A stretch of DNA of 64,000 bases from a virus. Of this stretch, positions 26,279-35,129 are shown piece after piece. Position 1 is the stretch's first letter. Each line of letters starts with the position of its first letter. The position numbers and the translations under genes are program-made. Location of the stretch: the IMG/VR virus record IMGVR_UViG_3300042359_000621; one strand, written 5' to 3'. The notes beneath the pieces were generated by a model, which did not search any database, was not told where the DNA came from, and was given only the letters and a program-made list of their open reading frames with translations.

Positions 26279-27591
26279 TGGAAACAATAATCATGCAAAA
26301 CGTTGAGGCAGAACAAGCCGTTTTGGGAGCGATTCTCTTAGACCCCGAAGCTATGGGGCGAGTTGCGGAAACGCTAACTGCTAAATCTTTTTCCCTGCGA
26401 TCGCATCAAACAATCTACAAAGCAGCTTTAGCATTACATTCCGAGGGAATAACCACGGATTTAATGACCGTCACTACCTGGTTATCCGATCAGAAATTAC
26501 TTGAGAAAGCCGGGGGACAATTAGGATTAACCCAATTATTAGACCGCACAGTTTCAGCAGTTAACATTGATCAATACGGGCTGTTAATTGCCGATAAGCA
26601 AACTCGAAGAAACCTAATTGAATCTGCCCATAAAATTATTGAATTGGCAGAAGATACCAGTCAACCTTTAGAGACAATTCTCCAAAAGTCAGAGGAACAA
26701 ATTGCTAATATTTCCCAATCAAAATCACAACAGGATTTAGTTTCGATTGGTGAAACTTTAATTGATACCTTTCAAGAAATTGAAGATCGGAGCGAAAGCA
26801 AGATTCCCCCCGGTGTCCCCTCTGGATTTTATGACCTCGATGCTATGACTGGAGGATTCCAACACACCGACTTAATTATTGTGGCAGGAAGACCTGCAAT
26901 GGGCAAATCGAGTTTGGCTTTAAATTTTGGATATAACATTGCCAAAAAAGGGTTACCCGTCGCGGTCTTCAGTTTAGAAATGTCCAAAGGTCAATTAGTC
27001 CAAAGACTATTATCGAGCGAAACCAAAATTGAAAGTACCCGCATTCGTTCGGGAAACATTCAGCAAGAGGAATGGGAACCTTTGACAACCGCAATTAGTT
27101 CCTTAGCAGAATTACCGATTTTTATTGACGACACCTCGAATCCAACAGTTAACGAAATCAAGAAAAAAGCCCAAAAATTGCAAGCCGAAAACGATGGAAA
27201 ATTAGGATTAATCCTAATAGATTATCTGCAATTAATGGACGGAGGAAGTGATAATCGGGTGCAAGAATTGTCAAGAATTACACGGGGATTAAAGGGAATG
27301 GCAAAAGATTTAAACGTTCCTGTAGTTGCCTTATCTCAGTTGAGTCGTGCCGTTGAACAGCGCACTAATAAACGCCCAATGTTATCGGATTTGAGGGAGT
27401 CGGGAAGTATTGAGATGGATGCGGATTTAGTAATGATGATCTATCGAGATGATTATTATAATCCTAACACTTCGGACGAGGGAATTGCAGAGTTAATTTT
27501 AGCCAAACATCGCAACGGCCCCACCGGAACGGTCAAGTTATTATTTGATTCTCAATTTACCCAATTTAAAAATTTAGCGAGGTCTAACTAG
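26278..27591 (+). CDS. dnaB: replicative DNA helicase DnaB
   Basis: AEQAVLGAILLDPEA N-terminal domain; Walker A GRPAMGKSS; IDYLQLM; SQLSRAVEQR..DLRESGSIEMDAD. Confidence 0.95.
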   Translation: METIIMQNVEAEQAVLGAILLDPEAMGRVAETLTAKSFSLRSHQTIYKAALALHSEGITTDLMTVTTWLSDQKLLEKAGGQLGLTQLLDRTVSAVNIDQYGLLIADKQTRRNLIESAHKIIELAEDTSQPLETILQKSEEQIANISQSKSQQDLVSIGETLIDTFQEIEDRSESKIPPGVPSGFYDLDAMTGGFQHTDLIIVAGRPAMGKSSLALNFGYNIAKKGLPVAVFSLEMSKGQLVQRLLSSETKIESTRIRSGNIQQEEWEPLTTAISSLAELPIFIDDTSNPTVNEIKKKAQKLQAENDGKLGLILIDYLQLMDGGSDNRVQELSRITRGLKGMAKDLNVPVVALSQLSRAVEQRTNKRPMLSDLRESGSIEMDADLVMMIYRDDYYNPNTSDEGIAELILAKHRNGPTGTVKLLFDSQFTQFKNLARSN

Positions 27592-27600
27592 GAGAGTTAA

Positions 27601-27879
27601 ATGGAAAATTCAACAAAACGAGATGAGTTGATTGCATTTCTTGAATTCCATGTACCACTACAACTTTATGAATTAAAATTGCGCGAACTCGAGCCAGGGA
27701 CATCCAGATTTAACAAAGAGTTGCGCGAGTGTGGTCAGGTAGTTTCCGAAAAAGGTGACACCATTCTTTTTCACACCAAAGAAACAGCGAAAAACGTTGT
27801 TAAATTATCCAAAGCAATAGCAATGTTACTACTAATAAACAAGGAAGTAACAGTTTTCGGTACAACCTTTAAACTCTGA
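27601..27879 (+). CDS. hypothetical protein
   Basis: ORF in rightward array. Confidence 0.5.
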   Translation: MENSTKRDELIAFLEFHVPLQLYELKLRELEPGTSRFNKELRECGQVVSEKGDTILFHTKETAKNVVKLSKAIAMLLLINKEVTVFGTTFKL

Positions 27880-27885
27880 CGACTA

Positions 27886-28314
27886 ATGGATAGACTTGGT
27901 TGGGAAGACTTAGGAAGTATTATCAATTGGTTTTACGAACAACAGAGACAAGGCAAAACTTCCTTTAAAGTTCAAGAAATGCGCGATAAGTTTAATTTGA
28001 ATATTCCAAACGCAAACACCAGAATAAAACGGTTTCTTAAGTTTGAAATCATTAAGCCACTAACTTATGGCAGATACAAAATCGAACCACTGTCGGAAGA
28101 AAGAATCCAGGAGATTAAAGACAAAATCATCCCCCCTAATCCCATTTTTAAAACCTATTATTTCAGGGGAAGACAACATACCGTTGAATGGATTTACCAA
28201 AACCAAAACCCCCCGATGACCCTCCAATATTTTGCTCAAAGACTTCAACGGGGTTGGTCACTAAAGAAAGCATTAGAAACACCGACCCGAAAATACAAAA
28301 AAGAGGTTAATTAA
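27886..28314 (+). CDS. DNA-binding protein with C-terminal phage-type HTH
   Basis: ..YYFRGRQHTVEWIYQNQNPPMTLQYFAQRLQRGWSLKKALETP.. is a pattern common in phage HTH modules. Confidence 0.45.
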   Translation: MDRLGWEDLGSIINWFYEQQRQGKTSFKVQEMRDKFNLNIPNANTRIKRFLKFEIIKPLTYGRYKIEPLSEERIQEIKDKIIPPNPIFKTYYFRGRQHTVEWIYQNQNPPMTLQYFAQRLQRGWSLKKALETPTRKYKKEVN

Positions 28315-28318
28315 CGCC

Positions 28319-28897
28319 ATGACCGCAGCAACCAAGAAGATAATTGAAAGAGTCTTAAAAATTGGTGAGTGGGTAGAGATTGACCCTCACAAACACCGCT
28401 CAAACTATTTAATTAAGGGAACAGCTTGGCGGGTTGAGGGATTTAATTCAATAAAACAAACCTGTCAAATAACTAACGAAAAAACAGGGAATTTACATAG
28501 ATCGGAAACCCTAGATTTTGAGGAAGTTTCCGATTCAAGTCCATTCAAAAAAACTGATATTGTCCAACTTAAAAGCGACCATCGATATGTTGGGCGGGTT
28601 GTTAATTGTCGAAGAAATAAAATAACAATTGAATGGGCATGGGGTGGAGTCCGAGAATCCCTAGACTCGGACAAAATAAAGTTATTTGTTCGGATGGTCA
28701 TGGGGGAACAAATATTGTTGGGTGATTATGCTTTTAAAGAAGGCGATCGCGTTCACACCAGTGATAAGAATTTTGGCAATGTGATTCTAACTGTTCGGGA
28801 GTGTTTACCTTCTGGGATGGTGGTTTTAAGTTCATCAAATGATCCTAACTTATTACTCCCCGGCTGTGGCTTAACGATTGTTGAGGAGGATTTCTAA
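28319..28897 (+). CDS. hypothetical protein
   Basis: ORF in array; 1-nt overlap with MTase gene. Confidence 0.5.
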   Translation: MTAATKKIIERVLKIGEWVEIDPHKHRSNYLIKGTAWRVEGFNSIKQTCQITNEKTGNLHRSETLDFEEVSDSSPFKKTDIVQLKSDHRYVGRVVNCRRNKITIEWAWGGVRESLDSDKIKLFVRMVMGEQILLGDYAFKEGDRVHTSDKNFGNVILTVRECLPSGMVVLSSSNDPNLLLPGCGLTIVEEDF

Positions 28898-29928
28898 TGT
28901 TAACATTTGCAACATTATTTACAGGCGGTGGCGGTGCAGATTTAGGCCTAGAGTCAGCAGGATTTAAGTCTATCTGGGGAGTTGAGCGAGATCCTAAAAT
29001 TGCTAAAGTTGCCCAAGTAAATCTCCCTAATACTAAAATATTTAATTCTTGCGTCGGTGAAATTCGCACTCATCTCATGGAACGGGTTGATTTGCTTTGG
29101 ATGAGTCCCCCATGTCAGCAATATTCAATGGCGCGGCGTGGTGATATTCCCGATCACAAAGACAAAGATGCGGGGTTGTATTGTCGGGACTATATAGCTA
29201 CATTAAACCCTCGATGGGTGGTTCTTGAGAATGTACCAGGATATGCTAAGTCGCCGACATTTGAGGCGATATTGCGATCGCTGATTGATTGCGGATATCG
29301 CTACCATTGGTTAATTCTTGACGCGGCGGATTATGGGGTTCCGCAGAACCGGAAACGATTAATCATGTGGGCAGTCAAAAACTCAGAACCCCTCCCATAT
29401 TTTCCCGAATCAAAGCCTAGAAAGGGATGGTATCAAGCTATTAGTGATTTAATCCCTGAGATGAGTGATTGTGAGCTTGCAGACTGGCAGATTAAGCGAC
29501 TGAATGAATTGGGTTATTTGCCAGAAAAAGCCTTGATTGATATTAGTAAGAATCGACATAAACCAGCTACGGCCAGAGATGGGAACGATCCGAGTTTTAC
29601 CCTATTAACCGATCATAGTGGCTACCATTCACCCGTTTTATTAGTCCCCCGTGCAGGCGCTTGTATCAAAAATATCCTCCCAACCCCCTCGGACAAACCC
29701 TGCCCAACAATTCGAGCTATGAAGGATGTTTCGACCCATTGGGCGGACATTGTAGAGGGAAGTCAAATTAAACGAATTAGTCAAAAAGCGACGGCACGGC
29801 TTCAGACTTTCCCCGACTCCTGTCAATTCCCAGAATCCAAATCTTTAAGCCAACAAATAATAGGAAACGCCGTGCCTCCGTTATTGGCTAAAGAATTAGG
29901 TTTAGCAATCTTAAAATCAATTAACTAA
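28897..29928 (+). CDS. DNA (cytosine-5) methyltransferase
   Basis: Motifs FTGGGG(ADLG), SPPCQQYS, LENVPG, PQNRKRL and GNAVPP in canonical order. Confidence 0.9.
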   Translation: MLTFATLFTGGGGADLGLESAGFKSIWGVERDPKIAKVAQVNLPNTKIFNSCVGEIRTHLMERVDLLWMSPPCQQYSMARRGDIPDHKDKDAGLYCRDYIATLNPRWVVLENVPGYAKSPTFEAILRSLIDCGYRYHWLILDAADYGVPQNRKRLIMWAVKNSEPLPYFPESKPRKGWYQAISDLIPEMSDCELADWQIKRLNELGYLPEKALIDISKNRHKPATARDGNDPSFTLLTDHSGYHSPVLLVPRAGACIKNILPTPSDKPCPTIRAMKDVSTHWADIVEGSQIKRISQKATARLQTFPDSCQFPESKSLSQQIIGNAVPPLLAKELGLAILKSIN

Positions 29929-29930
29929 CC

Positions 29931-30374
29931 ATGAAAACATTAACTAAAGCCAAAACCAAACCCGCTAAAAAAGGATTTCAACCCGCCCAAAAAATTCATG
30001 CCAACGACCTCCACACATTCTCTTGTGAGTGTCTCTGGTATGATGCTGCCACCGACGAGGAACTCCTGACCGAATTGTGGACGATCAAACTCGACAAACG
30101 GCGATTCAGAACAGATGTCCGGCAGGCAATTGTTACGGGGTTGATCTATTGTTTCTTGGAAACCCCCGAAGCAGCAGAGCGACATATTAACCGAGTATTT
30201 TTTTGGAATAATAAATCCCGTGCCTATGAGCCATTAGGGGCAGTGTCTGACGCGCCGATGGACGGATCTAGTCCGGTTGATTTTGAAGCCGATCCGGTGG
30301 TGGCTTATGAGCGATTAAAAGCCCTTTGTGTCGAGATCGAAGTTATCAAGGTTGACGATTGCTTTTGCTCTTGA
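29931..30374 (+). CDS. hypothetical protein
   Basis: ORF in array. Confidence 0.5.
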   Translation: MKTLTKAKTKPAKKGFQPAQKIHANDLHTFSCECLWYDAATDEELLTELWTIKLDKRRFRTDVRQAIVTGLIYCFLETPEAAERHINRVFFWNNKSRAYEPLGAVSDAPMDGSSPVDFEADPVVAYERLKALCVEIEVIKVDDCFCS

Positions 30375-30384
30375 CCTTTTAAAA

Positions 30385-30424
30385 ATACACAAATAAACTT
30401 GTTTTTTTTGCGTTATTTGTGTAT
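30385..30424 (+). repeat. perfect 12-bp inverted repeat ATACACAAATAA / TTATTTGTGTAT with 16-nt loop
   Basis: Arms 30385-30396 and 30413-30424; the right arm overlaps the TATAAT box. Could be a terminator or an IS200/605-like end hairpin. Confidence 0.6.
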
Positions 30425-30427
30425 AAT
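30399..30427 (+). promoter_or_regulatory. promoter TTGTTT, 17 nt, (TGTG)TATAAT
   Basis: Perfect -10 (30422-30427) with extended TG; would start the structured RNA near 30434. Confidence 0.5.
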
Positions 30428-30433
30428 GAAAAC

Positions 30434-30690
30434 AGTCAAGAATCAAGGTTTACCAATGTAGTTTGTTGGTAAATAGTTAACCAGTCTAAGCTCTTTACTG
30501 AGCTACGTTATTGGGAAGTGTTTAAGTTCATACCTTGGGATGCGTTGCCAGTTCCAAGCTCTATAACTAAGTGATTAAACAGATGTACAGCAATTAAGTC
30601 AGTGTCACTTAGATAGTACCGCCCAATAACATTGACGAGGCACACATTACCCGATTTATCGGAGGCTCGAAAGAGTTATTTTTAAATGTC
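30434..30690 (+). ncRNA. IscB-associated omega-RNA / HEARO-like structured RNA (boundaries approximate)
   Basis: ~250-nt non-coding stretch directly 5' of an IscB N-terminus. Long-range pairings: 30507-15/30622-30 (9 bp) and 30567-74/30605-12 (8 bp). Local hairpins: TTTACCAA/TTGGTAAA, CCGAT-tt-ATCGG, CTC-GAAA-GAG. Confidence 0.55.
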
Positions 30691-30910
30691 TAAAGTCTTT
30701 GTGATGGATACCGAAAAGCGTCCATTAAATCCAATCTCACCCGCAAAAGCTAGGATTCTTTTAACTCAAAAGAAAGCCGCAGTTTTTCGGCATCAACCTT
30801 TTACAATCATCCTAAAATATGCTGTCAAATCTTCAACTGAAGACTTGAGGCTAAAGATAGATCCTGGTTCTAAATTTACTGGCATTGCCTTGGTAAACGA
30901 CGACAGTTAA
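30686..30910 (+). pseudogene. iscB: truncated IscB (PLMP domain plus RuvC-I only; RRXRR/HNH/RuvC-II-III missing)
   Basis: MSKVFVMDTEKRPLNPISPAKARILL..PFTIILKY..LKIDPGSKFTGIALV matches the IscB/RRXRR-family N-terminus. Stops after 74 aa and no continuation exists in any frame. Confidence 0.6.
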
Positions 30911-31104
30911 CAATTGTCTTGCTTCTTGACTAATTTGATACTCAAGATGGGATGATCACCCATTATTGTTGATCCAATATCTGACCAATTCCGAGAGGGA
31001 TAGATTTCTTGAGGATGCGATCGCCTCTAGCCTTTCCCTCTCGATTTCCGAAAGCCTTATCCCTATTCGGGTTGAGCAATTTAAAAGTTTTTTCTTTTTA
31101 GGGG

Positions 31105-31133
31105 TTGACATATTTCTATTTTGTTAGTACAGT
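31105..31133 (+). promoter_or_regulatory. promoter TTGACA, 17 nt, TACAGT
   Basis: Read directly; followed by a ~160-nt leader before the ATG at 31297. Confidence 0.4.
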
Positions 31134-31296
31134 TTTAAATGTACAAGATTTTGTATGGCTAGGCTACTGAAGCGAAAATCACCCAAAGAAGTAGCACACA
31201 CAAAGATCGAACTTTGAAAGCGGGGGTGGGCTGGCAGCCGGAAAGACGGCACTTACAAACAGAACAGGGACGCCGCCGTCAAATCGGGCGTAAAAG

Positions 31297-31905
31297 ATGA
31301 AAAACTCCACAACCACTGTCGCTCAACTTTCTAAAAGAATCGCTCAACTAAATAGCTTGATTAGCAAGTTCCCCCGCGTCCGAAGCCTGATTCGGAAGTG
31401 GGCTTTTGAATTGACTATTCTTGAGGGGCGGTTAGAAGCCCTGAAAGCGGTGGCGGTTGTGGAGACACCGAGGCAATTAACAATTTGGGATATGCCACAA
31501 AAAATTGACTGGTTTTTTCCTCCCCTTGTGGGGTCGGAAAAGCAAATTCAGTGGGCGGATAAACTCCGCCGTGATTTTGCTGAATATTATTCTTCTCTGG
31601 GTGGCGAACCTGGAGGTGGCGAAATCAAAATCAAGAAAGCGGTAGGCATTGCAGTTTCAGCCAAGTTCTGGATCGAAAACCGCGATTTTTGCGAAAAAAT
31701 ATCTTGGGAAAATATGACCAAGGTTTTGAGGGAATTGGCTGCCTTGGTTAACGAATGCCAACCTTGGTATAGCGATTCCGATCAGTCGGAATTTAAACAA
31801 ATTCTGAAAGATAAAAAATCAATCCTCAGATTATTGAGGATTGACAAAGCAGGGATCGTCGCCTGTTGCAATCAACAGAGTCAAAACAGACGCTTCAATG
31901 GATAA
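31297..31905 (+). CDS. hypothetical protein
   Basis: 202-aa ORF; contains ..GSEKQIQWADKLR.. but no family assigned. Confidence 0.5.
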   Translation: MKNSTTTVAQLSKRIAQLNSLISKFPRVRSLIRKWAFELTILEGRLEALKAVAVVETPRQLTIWDMPQKIDWFFPPLVGSEKQIQWADKLRRDFAEYYSSLGGEPGGGEIKIKKAVGIAVSAKFWIENRDFCEKISWENMTKVLRELAALVNECQPWYSDSDQSEFKQILKDKKSILRLLRIDKAGIVACCNQQSQNRRFNG

Positions 31906-31967
31906 TTTATGGGCTGGGTGCGATGCCTTAAATCCGCGCAAAAGTTAACGATATAAAGGTAGGAAAA

Positions 31968-32258
31968 ATGAATAAAAAATTGGTTGATTTGATTAAAATT
32001 ATGCCTAATCCTAAAGCTACTTGGTTAGCTCTGGAAATGGGATTGCTAAATGATTCGGATGATAAATTTATTTTAGGGGGCGCGATATTAGAAACCGTCC
32101 CCGAAAACAAGCGAGGCAATCCAAAAATTATTTCTGCGATATATGAAATCGCAGAGATAGCCTTAGAGCGTTATCAAAGCATTTACAAAGGATTGCCCTC
32201 AGAATGGAATAATCATCGCTTACAAGTCAGAAAGTCAGTGTTTGGATGGTTATTATGA
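31968..32258 (+). CDS. hypothetical protein
   Basis: ORF in array. Confidence 0.5.
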   Translation: MNKKLVDLIKIMPNPKATWLALEMGLLNDSDDKFILGGAILETVPENKRGNPKIISAIYEIAEIALERYQSIYKGLPSEWNNHRLQVRKSVFGWLL

Positions 32259-32533
32259 CTCAAAAACTTTTACACGCCCGTTACTGGAAGGCGGACGGTA
32301 CCGGAGAAAACCGAACATCCTACGACCCCCACGGATTCGGGTTAAAAACCCTAGAAACTATGGATGCCCTGATCAATAGCTTAGGCTTAAAACAAGTTGA
32401 GGGAGTGTCTTTGAATGGGGTTCTCGTCAATCATCACAAAGGTGATTCCTTTGGGCATCAGGTTCACATCGCGGCAACCGCCGAACAGTGGGAAGCTGCG
32501 AAACAATATTGGGAATCAGGAGCTTTTGATTAA
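32255..32533 (+). CDS. hypothetical protein
   Basis: ATGA overlap start at 32255. Confidence 0.5.
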   Translation: MTQKLLHARYWKADGTGENRTSYDPHGFGLKTLETMDALINSLGLKQVEGVSLNGVLVNHHKGDSFGHQVHIAATAEQWEAAKQYWESGAFD

Positions 32534-32805
32534 TGTCAAAACATCGATACACAGTTACATACGTTCAGTGTGATATTTGTGGAAAAACTTGTGATCATGT
32601 TTCTTTTGATTACAACTCGGATTGGAACATTGAACACGGAATAGATATCTGTGATGAGTGTTCAGAGAATGGAGAGAACGGGGAAGTGTGGGATTATCGT
32701 GATGTAGACGATGATATGAAAGCCCCAGAAAGAGAAGACTCCAAAATGGCTTTTATGAAAGTCAACCCAGAGGGAGAGGAGTGGAGATTTGCTAAGTGGC
32801 TATAG
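32533..32805 (+). CDS. small zinc-binding protein
   Basis: CDICGKTC .. CDECSE (two CxxC pairs); acidic tail. Confidence 0.5.
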   Translation: MSKHRYTVTYVQCDICGKTCDHVSFDYNSDWNIEHGIDICDECSENGENGEVWDYRDVDDDMKAPEREDSKMAFMKVNPEGEEWRFAKWL

Positions 32806-32894
32806 CTAACAATTGATCAACAATTGGGATCTCAAGTACCCAAACACCCAAAAACCCCACGATATAAGGGTTTAACTACATTGAATATACCTTG

Positions 32895-32933
32895 GGGTGG
32901 TAGGGGTCGCAGGTTCAAATCCTGTCGCTCCGA
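32895..32933 (+). other. tRNA 3'-half fragment (T-arm plus 3' acceptor strand): attP-type core
   Basis: GCAGG-TTCAAAT-CCTGT then CGCTCCG-A; no matching 5' acceptor strand (CGGAGCG) upstream, so not a complete tRNA. Confidence 0.65.
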
Positions 32934-32943
32934 TAGACGCAAA

Positions 32944-32973
32944 AGCCAGATTCTATAAAGGGTCTGGCTTTTT
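32944..32973 (+). terminator. tRNA-style Rho-independent terminator
   Basis: AGCCAGA(32944-50)/TCTGGCT(32963-69) followed by TTTTT. Confidence 0.7.
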
Positions 32974-32998
32974 CCCGTCTGATGGTTGATAATCTTCT

Positions 32999-33036
32999 AT
33001 TAGACAAGATTAGACAAAATTAGACAAGATTAGACT
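32999..33036 (+). repeat. 4 x 10-bp tandem ATTAGACAAR (candidate integrase arm-type sites)
   Basis: Copies start at 32999, 33009, 33019 and 33029, 20 bp upstream of int. Confidence 0.8.
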
Positions 33037-33054
33037 GATTATTGATCATCAATT

Positions 33055-34191
33055 GTGACTCAGAAGAAAGCACCCAAGGGAAGCGTACAGGTCAAAACTA
33101 CCATCAGTTCGGCGGGGGTGGGGTGGCTCCGGCTGGTTTGGAGTCACCAGGGCAAAAGATATTTTTTGAGCTTAGGATTGGAGGATAATCCCCTAAATCA
33201 GATGGTGGCTCAAAGACTCGCGCTACAGATTCAGGGTGACTGCGCCACGGGAAACTTCGATAGCTCCTTGATTAAATACAAACCGCAATCAGAAATAGAA
33301 TTGAAACCCGTCACGGTTTCAGTTGTCGGGCTAATTGAACGGTATTTAATTTTCAAACAGCAACAAATTGAATCAGAAACGCTATACAAATACAATCATT
33401 TCTTGCCTAGAATCCGAGAATATTTTGGTAACAATAGTTTAACTGAAAAATCCGCTTTTGGCTTTCGTGATTGGCTGCTACAACACAACGAACCCGCCAC
33501 AGTTAGGGAAAGAATTGTATTCTTAAATGCTGTTTATGAGTGGGGGATTAAGAAGCAATTAGTTGAGGTCAATCACTGGACTGAAGTATCGGTTAAGGTT
33601 CCCCCAAAAAGAAGATTAAAACCATTCTCAATTGAAGAAATAAAACGGATTTTAGAAGGGTTTGCAACGGATCAATATTATTCCCATTATCTCCCTTATG
33701 TTGAGTTTTTACTGGGTACAGGTTGCCGCCCGGGTGAAGCAAACGGGCTACAGTGGAAACATATATCAGAAGATTGTGGAGAGGTTTTAATTAGCTGTAA
33801 ATTAACGGTATCCGGTGAGCGGAAATCGACTAAAACTAATCGCGATCGCTTAATTCCACTTCCCCCTCGCCTTCAAAATATTCTCAAAGCAATCCGTCCG
33901 ATTGACCCCGACCCGGAGGCTCCGGTTTTTGTCTCCTTGACTGGATTGCCAATTGATTCCCACAACTTCAGGAATCGGGCTTGGAAACAGGTTTTAGCTA
34001 AGGTTGGCGTGGAATATAGAAAGCCCGGAAACTGCCGTCATACTCTGATTTCCCACGGGTTATCGCAAGGGAAAAGCCCTGCTGAAATGGCAGAACTCGC
34101 AGGGAACAGAATTGAGACTATTTACAATAATTATGCTGGGAGCGTGATCCACCGACCATCATTGCCTGAATTATTCGTCGATGACGAATAA
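33055..34191 (+). CDS. int: tyrosine recombinase / phage integrase (GTG start)
   Basis: ..GCRPGEANGLQWKHI.. (Arg), ..CRHTLISHGL.. (HxxR) and ..ETIYNNYAG (Tyr); N-terminal SAM-like region. Confidence 0.9.
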   Translation: MTQKKAPKGSVQVKTTISSAGVGWLRLVWSHQGKRYFLSLGLEDNPLNQMVAQRLALQIQGDCATGNFDSSLIKYKPQSEIELKPVTVSVVGLIERYLIFKQQQIESETLYKYNHFLPRIREYFGNNSLTEKSAFGFRDWLLQHNEPATVRERIVFLNAVYEWGIKKQLVEVNHWTEVSVKVPPKRRLKPFSIEEIKRILEGFATDQYYSHYLPYVEFLLGTGCRPGEANGLQWKHISEDCGEVLISCKLTVSGERKSTKTNRDRLIPLPPRLQNILKAIRPIDPDPEAPVFVSLTGLPIDSHNFRNRAWKQVLAKVGVEYRKPGNCRHTLISHGLSQGKSPAEMAELAGNRIETIYNNYAGSVIHRPSLPELFVDDE

Positions 34192-34240
34192 ATTCCATAA
34201 TCTGTTATAAACTGGTGAATAGTTATATGAGGTTGTTTTT

Positions 34241-34441
34241 ATGGTAAGACCCCACGAACACAGGCAAGAAATCAAAGCCAGACTCAAACCAGAAGATAGG
34301 GAGAAGTTGAAAGCCCTCGTCGTTGGCATGGGTTATCGTTATTGGAGGCAGGACTCACCGGAACCCGCATGGACTGAGTTTTTGGAGGCGATCGCAACGG
34401 GCGATATAATTCTTTACAAAAAAGTCGGGGGAGGGGGTTGA
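34241..34441 (+). CDS. small protein next to int (possible RHH / directionality factor)
   Basis: ..QEIKARLKPEDREKLKALV.. has a strand-helix pattern; the functional idea rests on position only. Confidence 0.35.
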   Translation: MVRPHEHRQEIKARLKPEDREKLKALVVGMGYRYWRQDSPEPAWTEFLEAIATGDIILYKKVGGGG

Positions 34442-34466
34442 CCTTTTGGGATAAGTGGGGTACAGT
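34438..34466 (+). promoter_or_regulatory. promoter TTGACC, 17 nt, TACAGT
   Basis: Same GTACAGTTWTAA -10 context as the promoter at 31105. Confidence 0.35.
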
Positions 34467-34556
34467 TATAAGTGCAGAAGGTTAAAAGTTAAGCAAGTAA
34501 GGTGGCTGCCCTACTTGCTCTCAAGTCAATCATTTTAGGTCAATTAGGAGTATACC

Positions 34557-34898
34557 ATGAAAGTTAAAGTCTATTTCAATCTCCATAAGAGATGTTTTTC
34601 GGTAGTCGCCCTTGAAGGTGAAAATAAGGGGCGGGTAATAGCCCACGAAACAGAAGTTAAATTAATAAATGCTACATTCAAAGTTTCTGAAGCCGGACGG
34701 CAACGGGTGATCCGAGAGCAGCGTAAAAACGTCCACGCTTGCGTTGTAGGAACATTGACTGACACAGTGAAAAACTGTGATCAAGCTGTTACTTACAACC
34801 CCTACAAATACAACTCATTTGTGTTTAAAAAGGATGAATCCCCTGTGTTGACGGCTCAAAACGTTTTGCTAATCAACAAGCAAATTTTTATCAACTAA
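34557..34898 (+). CDS. hypothetical protein
   Basis: AGGAG RBS upstream; 113-aa ORF. Confidence 0.55.
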   Translation: MKVKVYFNLHKRCFSVVALEGENKGRVIAHETEVKLINATFKVSEAGRQRVIREQRKNVHACVVGTLTDTVKNCDQAVTYNPYKYNSFVFKKDESPVLTAQNVLLINKQIFIN

Positions 34899-34911
34899 AC
34901 AGGAGGATATT

Positions 34912-35070
34912 ATGATTTATCGCATTACACGGGTCAAAACTGCGCCCAACAAGGCAAACAGACAAGGGTATTACCTCGAAGCCCTAAATGAACTAGAGGC
35001 TTTGACAAGGTTTTATACCCAATTCCCTGATTTTGTAGGGGAAGAATTAGAGTTAGAGGAATGGAATTAA
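34912..35070 (+). CDS. 52-aa protein (below ORF-track cutoff)
   Basis: AGGAGG 7 nt upstream; hand translation MIYRITRVKTAPNKANRQGYYLEALNELEAL.. Confidence 0.45.
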   Translation: MIYRITRVKTAPNKANRQGYYLEALNELEALTRFYTQFPDFVGEELELEEWN

Positions 35071-35095
35071 AAGACCTCTAATTCAACTTAAAACT

Positions 35096-35125
35096 AACCA
35101 GGGAATATAAACCCCTGGTTTTTTG
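35096..35125 (+). terminator. Rho-independent terminator between convergent genes
   Basis: AACCAGGG/CCCTGGTT stem followed by TTTTT. Confidence 0.65.
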
Positions 35126-35129
35126 CTGT

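Noticed and set aside
30911-31100. Remainder of iscB in another frame (frameshifted rather than deleted)
   Set aside because: All three forward frames hit stops within ~15 codons, and none shows the Arg-rich bridge helix expected next.
32848-32936. Complete tRNA gene
   Set aside because: Only the T-arm and 3' acceptor strand are present. The complementary 5' acceptor strand and the D and anticodon arms cannot be found upstream.
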